Assembly: GCF_000284455.1 (NCBI RefSeq) | Contig: NC_017039.1 | Coordinates: 2,700,001-2,732,000 of the forward strand | Length of the DNA: 32,000 nt | DNA from: Synechocystis sp. PCC 6803 substr. PCC-P | Lineage (GTDB): Bacteria; Cyanobacteriota; Cyanobacteriia; Cyanobacteriales; Microcystaceae | Direction: 5' to 3' | Part shown: positions 28,322 to 32,000 of the stretch, piece after piece | How positions within the stretch are numbered: position 1 is the stretch's first letter | Layout of the letters: each line of letters begins with the position of its first letter | Position numbers and translations under genes: made by a program | Notes under the pieces: generated by a model | The model's input: only the letters and a program-made list of their open reading frames with translations | The model's database searches: none | Told to the model about the DNA's origin: nothing

Positions 28322-28360
28322 AGGTGGGTGAGGAAGTTATTATCTAGAGGTGTGTGAGGA
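28322..28360. repeat. Tandem 13-nt repeat AGGTG(G/T)GTGAGGA with a 26-nt period
   Basis: The copies at 28322-28334 and 28348-28360 differ at one position. On the minus strand each reads as a CCUCAC-containing, anti-Shine-Dalgarno-like element. Confidence 0.7.
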
Positions 28361-28408
28361 GTAAGTTGAAGCCCCCGGAGTCGAAACAAGGAAAGACGCC
28401 CAGGGGCT
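28322..28408 (-). ncRNA. yfr1: Yfr1-like small RNA candidate; ends not defined
   Basis: The minus strand carries an exact ACUCCUCACAC (complement of 28352-28362), which I recall as the ultraconserved Yfr1 core. Seven nt upstream is a 9-bp hairpin, AGCCCCUGG / CCGGGGGCU (28408-28400 and 28378-28370). That hairpin contains a G-U wobble on the minus strand but a C-A mismatch on the plus strand. Confidence 0.4.
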
Positions 28409-28553
28409 TTTTCTTGCCTTTTTTTTGCCCTGAAAGATTTTTCAAGCTGGTCTATGCTCCCCGTAAAAGTTCGGGATGGGCAGCCACTGTCCTTTGGTTT
28501 CCCCGTCGGTAGGGATGATTTCAGCGGGCCGCCAAGATTATCAAAAGTTTTTT

Positions 28554-29390
28554 ATGTGTCGTCTTTTAGGGTATCTGGGTCAACCACTGCGACCAGAGCA
28601 ACTAATTTATCGCCCGGAACATTCCCTGATTGTCCAGAGCTATCAACCCCAGGAAATGACAGCGGGGCTTTTGAATGCTGACGGTTTTGGCTTGGGTTGG
28701 TTTGACCAGGAAAGTTTGCCCAATCCCTATCTCTACAAAAATGTCCTGCCCATTTGGAGTGATATTAATCTGCCCCACTTGAGTCGGTATATCCAGTCTA
28801 GTTGTTTTGTCAGTTATGTCCGTAGCGCCACACCGCCGTTGGCAGTGGATTTGACTAATTGTCAGCCCTTTACTGAGGAAGGACTTTTATTTGTCCACAA
28901 TGGCTTTATTAATAATTTTCGCACCACTCTCTACCGGCCTCTACGCAATTTATTGAGCGATGCCAGTTATCAGTTTATCCATGGCACCACCGACTCGGAA
29001 CATATTTTTGCCCTAATTTTGGATAATCTCCGGCGGTTAAGGCAAACTTCTCCTGGTGATAGTGATTGGGCAAAGACGAGCTTAGGAAAAGCGTTGGAGG
29101 CAAGTTTACTGACGTTGGTGGAGTTGGCTCGACAACATGACACGTTTTTTTCCGCCAATATTCTGCTGGCCGATGGTCAGCGCATTGTGGCCTGTCGTTA
29201 TGCCAGTCGTCAACCGGAACCTAGTCTATATTGGTTGGCTAATAGTGAGCGGTGTCCGGGGGGAGTGATTGTGGCTTCGGAACCCCTATTTGCCGACCAA
29301 AAATGGCAGGCCTGTCCCTCCCAAAGTATTTTGGTAATTAATAGTCCAGAGGCGATCGCCGTTAAAGTTTTAGCGAATTCAGTGGCCTAA
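28554..29390 (+). CDS. Class II (Ntn) glutamine amidotransferase domain protein, EgtC/YafJ-like
   Basis: MCRLLGYLG gives the Cys2 nucleophile right after the initiator Met, so the ATG at 28554 is preferred to the track start at 28476. Also has NADGFGLGW and [11 protein letters not shown] blocks. Confidence 0.8.
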
Positions 29391-30601
29391 CCCAAATTTT
29401 CGTAATAGTCCCGGATGCGGTCCCGGCGGCGGGGATGGCGCAACTTTTGCAGAGCCTTAGCTTCAATCTGTCGTACCCTTTCCCTCGATAAATTCAAAAT
29501 ACGCCCAATTTCAGATAGGGAGTGGGCTACGCCGTCTTGAAAACCAAAGCGCAGGGCGATTACTTCCTGTTCCCTGGGGGTCAAATCTAGCAAAATTTCC
29601 TGCATGTCATTCTGGAGAGCCTCCCGCATCAATTCATCCTCCGGCGACTGGGTGTCGGTTTCCAGTAAATCCATTAGCTCCGTATCCTTATCCTGCCCCA
29701 CCTTGAGTTCTAGGGAGACGGAACGGGGCACTTGGGTCAGCACTTCCCGCACCTGCTCCGGGGTCATGCCTAATTCTTCCGCCACTTCGTCAATTTTCGG
29801 AGTGTGGCCCTTTTCTTGGGAAATTTTCCGCTGGGCTCGTTTGATTTTATTTAACTTCTCGGTGATGTGCACCGGCAAACGAATCATACGACTCTGGGTG
29901 GCGATCGCCCTGGTGATGCCCTGACGAATCCACCAGTAGGAATAGGTGCTAAAGCGGTAACCCTTGGTGGGATCAAATTTTTCCACCGCCCGCTCCAACC
30001 CCAGGGTGCCCTCTTGGATCAGATCTAAAAGTTCCAAGCCCCGATTTTGGTATTTCTTGGCGACGGAAACCACTAGCCTTAAATTGGCTTTGATCATGTG
30101 GGCTTTGGCCGTAATGCCCTGCTTTTCAATATTCTCTAATTCTTCCACCGTCAACCCCGCCAACTCCGCCCATCGTTTTTTACCGCTTTTGAGGGTTTGC
30201 TTAAGGGTCGCTACGGTTTGCCCGAGGATTTTGGCCCAACGTTCATAGGAAGGACGATGACCCAACTGGACTAAAAGTTGATCGTGGACGGCGATCGCCG
30301 TTTGGTATTGGTCAATGGCAGCATCGGATTCTGCGGCCCGATTTTGGATTTCCACTAGGCGGAGATAGCTTTGCACCTGCTGGGCTATGTGCACCTCTTC
30401 ATCTCGCTTCAACAGGGGAATGCGACCAATATCCTGGAGGTAAAGGCGCACTAAATCAGTACTAAATTGCTGACGATGGGCTACAGCGGTGTATTCCAAA
30501 TCCTGGGAGTCTGCCGTTAAATCCTCTTCCTCCAGCGGCAACATAGCTTCCAAATCTCGTACATTAGTCAGTGGCGGCTCATCGTTGCTTGGTTTAGTCA
30601 T
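29387..30601 (-). CDS. sigC: Group 2 RpoD-family sigma factor
   Basis: Region 1.2 [16 protein letters not shown]; region 2 [55 protein letters not shown]; regions 3 and 4 ([20 protein letters not shown]). The 404-aa length and the neighbours match my memory of Synechocystis SigC. Confidence 0.88.
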
Positions 30602-30694
30602 GGAGGTCCGGGGGTGACTGGGACTCGATGTTAAGTCAAGGGTAACATTCTTTAATTGTCTATTTTTTTGTCGGCGCTGCCCCTACAAACTGTT

Positions 30695-30708
30695 CCGACT
30701 ATAGTCGG
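30695..30708. promoter_or_regulatory. 14-bp perfect palindrome CCGACTATAGTCGG in the sigC / CCG-domain gene divergent region
   Basis: The sequence is its own reverse complement and lies about 95-105 nt upstream of the sigC ATG. Its function is unknown. Confidence 0.25.
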
Positions 30709-30907
30709 GGTTTGCCTGGACAATATGGTTCTATAATCCCGGTCTCTCCATTGTAAACCTTTCAAAAAATCTATGGCCGATGGCAGGCTTTTCCATTGAC
30801 GGAGAGCATTAAAGACGTTGACTAAACTTAGTGGGGAATGGCGTTTTTTGTTCCCCGACCAAAAGCCCACGATATACTGCCTAGAGAGAACACTTCCCGT
30901 CGCCGCC

Positions 30908-31813
30908 ATGATTACTGCCCTTGAATATGCCTACTTTCCCGGTTGCGTTGCCCAGGGGGCCTGTGGGGAATTGCACCTGGCCACCACCGCTCTGAGCAAA
31001 GCTTTGGGCATTAAATTATTGGAGCTAAAAAAAGCTTCCTGTTGTGGCTCTGGCACCTTCAAAGAAGATTCCCAACTGTTAGAAGATAGCGTTAATGCCC
31101 GCAATATCGCCTTGGCAGAACAGTTAAATTTGCCCTTATTAACCCATTGCAGTACCTGTCAGGGCGTAATTGCCCATGTGGACGAACGGCTAAAAAAAGC
31201 CCAAAAAGATGACCCAGCCTATGTGGAACAAATCAACGGTTACCTAAAAAAAGAAAGCTGTGCTCCCTATCGAGGCTCCAGCCGGGTGACCCATTTACTC
31301 TGGGCTTTGGTACAGGATTTTGGGCTAGAAGCTTTGGCCCAGCGGGTCAGGCAAAGTCTAACTGGCCTCAACTGTGCTTCTTTTTATGGTTGTTACCTGC
31401 TCCGGGCCCAGGAAAATTTGCCGGAAGCTAACCCTTTTGATCCCCAATCTCTGGAAAAAGTCTTTACTACCCTAGGGGCTAACCCCATTTACTACGAAGG
31501 TCGTACCCAATGCTGTGGTTGGCCCATCTCCAGCTATGCTACGCCCCAATCTTTTCAACTGGCCGGCCGGCATTTACAAACGGCGATCGCCGCCGGGGCC
31601 GATTGTTTAGTTACCCCCTGTCCCCTATGCCATCTGCAACTGGATTCCCGTCAACCGGAAATTGGTCAGGTATTGGGGCAACCATTAAATTTACCGGTGT
31701 TACATCTGCCCCAATTGGTAGGTTTGGCCCTAGGCATTGATCCCAAGGAGCTGGGACTTGACCGCCATGTGGTTTCTACTACCCCAGTGTTAGCTAAGCT
31801 TGGTCTTACTTAA
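30908..31813 (+). CDS. CCG-domain protein: heterodisulfide reductase subunit B-like, or succinate dehydrogenase/fumarate reductase SdhE-like subunit
   Basis: Two cysteine-rich CCG motifs (ASCCGSG and TQCCGWP) plus CPLCH. Family-typical start [13 protein letters not shown] at the ATG at 30908; the track's TTG at 30818 is probably too far upstream. Confidence 0.82.
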   Translation: MITALEYAYFPGCVAQGACGELHLATTALSKALGIKLLELKKASCCGSGTFKEDSQLLEDSVNARNIALAEQLNLPLLTHCSTCQGVIAHVDERLKKAQKDDPAYVEQINGYLKKESCAPYRGSSRVTHLLWALVQDFGLEALAQRVRQSLTGLNCASFYGCYLLRAQENLPEANPFDPQSLEKVFTTLGANPIYYEGRTQCCGWPISSYATPQSFQLAGRHLQTAIAAGADCLVTPCPLCHLQLDSRQPEIGQVLGQPLNLPVLHLPQLVGLALGIDPKELGLDRHVVSTTPVLAKLGLT

Positions 31814-31856
31814 CTTATCTAACAATTAGTTCAGGCAAATAAGGCTTAACTCGGGT

Positions 31857-32000
31857 TTACTGCAAGCGACTGGCCATGGTGATCAGCCCCTGCTGACCGA
31901 TAAGAATTTCCCGTAAAAAGGTACAGATGAAGACCCAGAGGATAGGAGCTAGGTCAACGCCGCCGATGGGGGGCACTAGCTTACGCAGGGGAATTAATAA
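31857..32000 (-). CDS. YggT/Ycf19-family membrane protein; C-terminal 47 codons, with the 5' end beyond the window
   Basis: My translation is LLIPLRKLVPPIGGVDLAPILWVFICTFLREILIGQQGLITMASRLQ then stop. P.IGG.DL.PI is the YGGT repeat signature. Confidence 0.65.
   Translation of the reverse strand, partial: LLIPLRKLVPPIGGVDLAPILWVFICTFLREILIGQQGLITMASRLQ

Noticed and set aside
28370-28428. The hairpin plus T-run read as a plus-strand intrinsic terminator
   Set aside because: On the plus strand the stem has a C-A mismatch and a 21-nt loop. No plus-strand gene ends within 1.8 kb upstream. The minus-strand reading, as the 5' hairpin of a Yfr1-like RNA, fits better. A plus-strand sRNA or antisense transcript ending here is not excluded.
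1-32000. CRISPR arrays, tRNA or rRNA genes, and intact insertion sequences
   Set aside because: I found no regularly spaced direct repeats, no cloverleaf-like or rRNA-like conserved segments, and no full-length transposase ORF. Only the short zinc-ribbon remnant at 5868-5945 was seen.

Overview
The window reads as a cyanobacterial chromosome segment. The HIP1 octamer GCGATCGC recurs through most genes. Gene content and order match what I remember of Synechocystis sp. PCC 6803 (mfd, urtE, proA, carB, pyrR, folE, cinA, rbp3, rpiA, comEA, sigC); that identification is from memory, not from a search. I support about 30 protein-coding genes, mostly housekeeping. I saw no rRNA, tRNA or CRISPR array. 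The stand-out is an AT-rich, HIP1-free insertion of about 2.2 kb (8971-11197) between carB and a core membrane-protein gene. On the minus strand it carries a 521-aa stand-alone reverse transcriptase with motifs A, B and C (catalytic FADD) and a long helical C-terminal domain. The architecture resembles the UG/Abi (DRT-like) defence RTs, but I cannot assign a class. A hicB-hicA toxin-antitoxin pair follows 102 bp downstream; its 59-aa hicA is missing from the ORF track. RT plus HicBA is a candidate undescribed defence module. The second notable signal is an exact copy of the Yfr1 sRNA core ACUCCUCACAC on the minus strand at 28352-28362. It sits beside a 9-bp hairpin and a near-identical second copy of the motif, inside a 655-bp divergent intergenic region. 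Lesser points: ComEA fused to a two-HKD PLD nuclease domain, a Rho_N/DUF4912-type protein, a decayed zinc-ribbon ORF that may be an IS remnant, a TonB-like proline-rich protein, and a 14-bp perfect palindrome upstream of sigC. The 5' part of mfd (1-3246, minus strand) runs off the window edge and is also absent from the ORF track.
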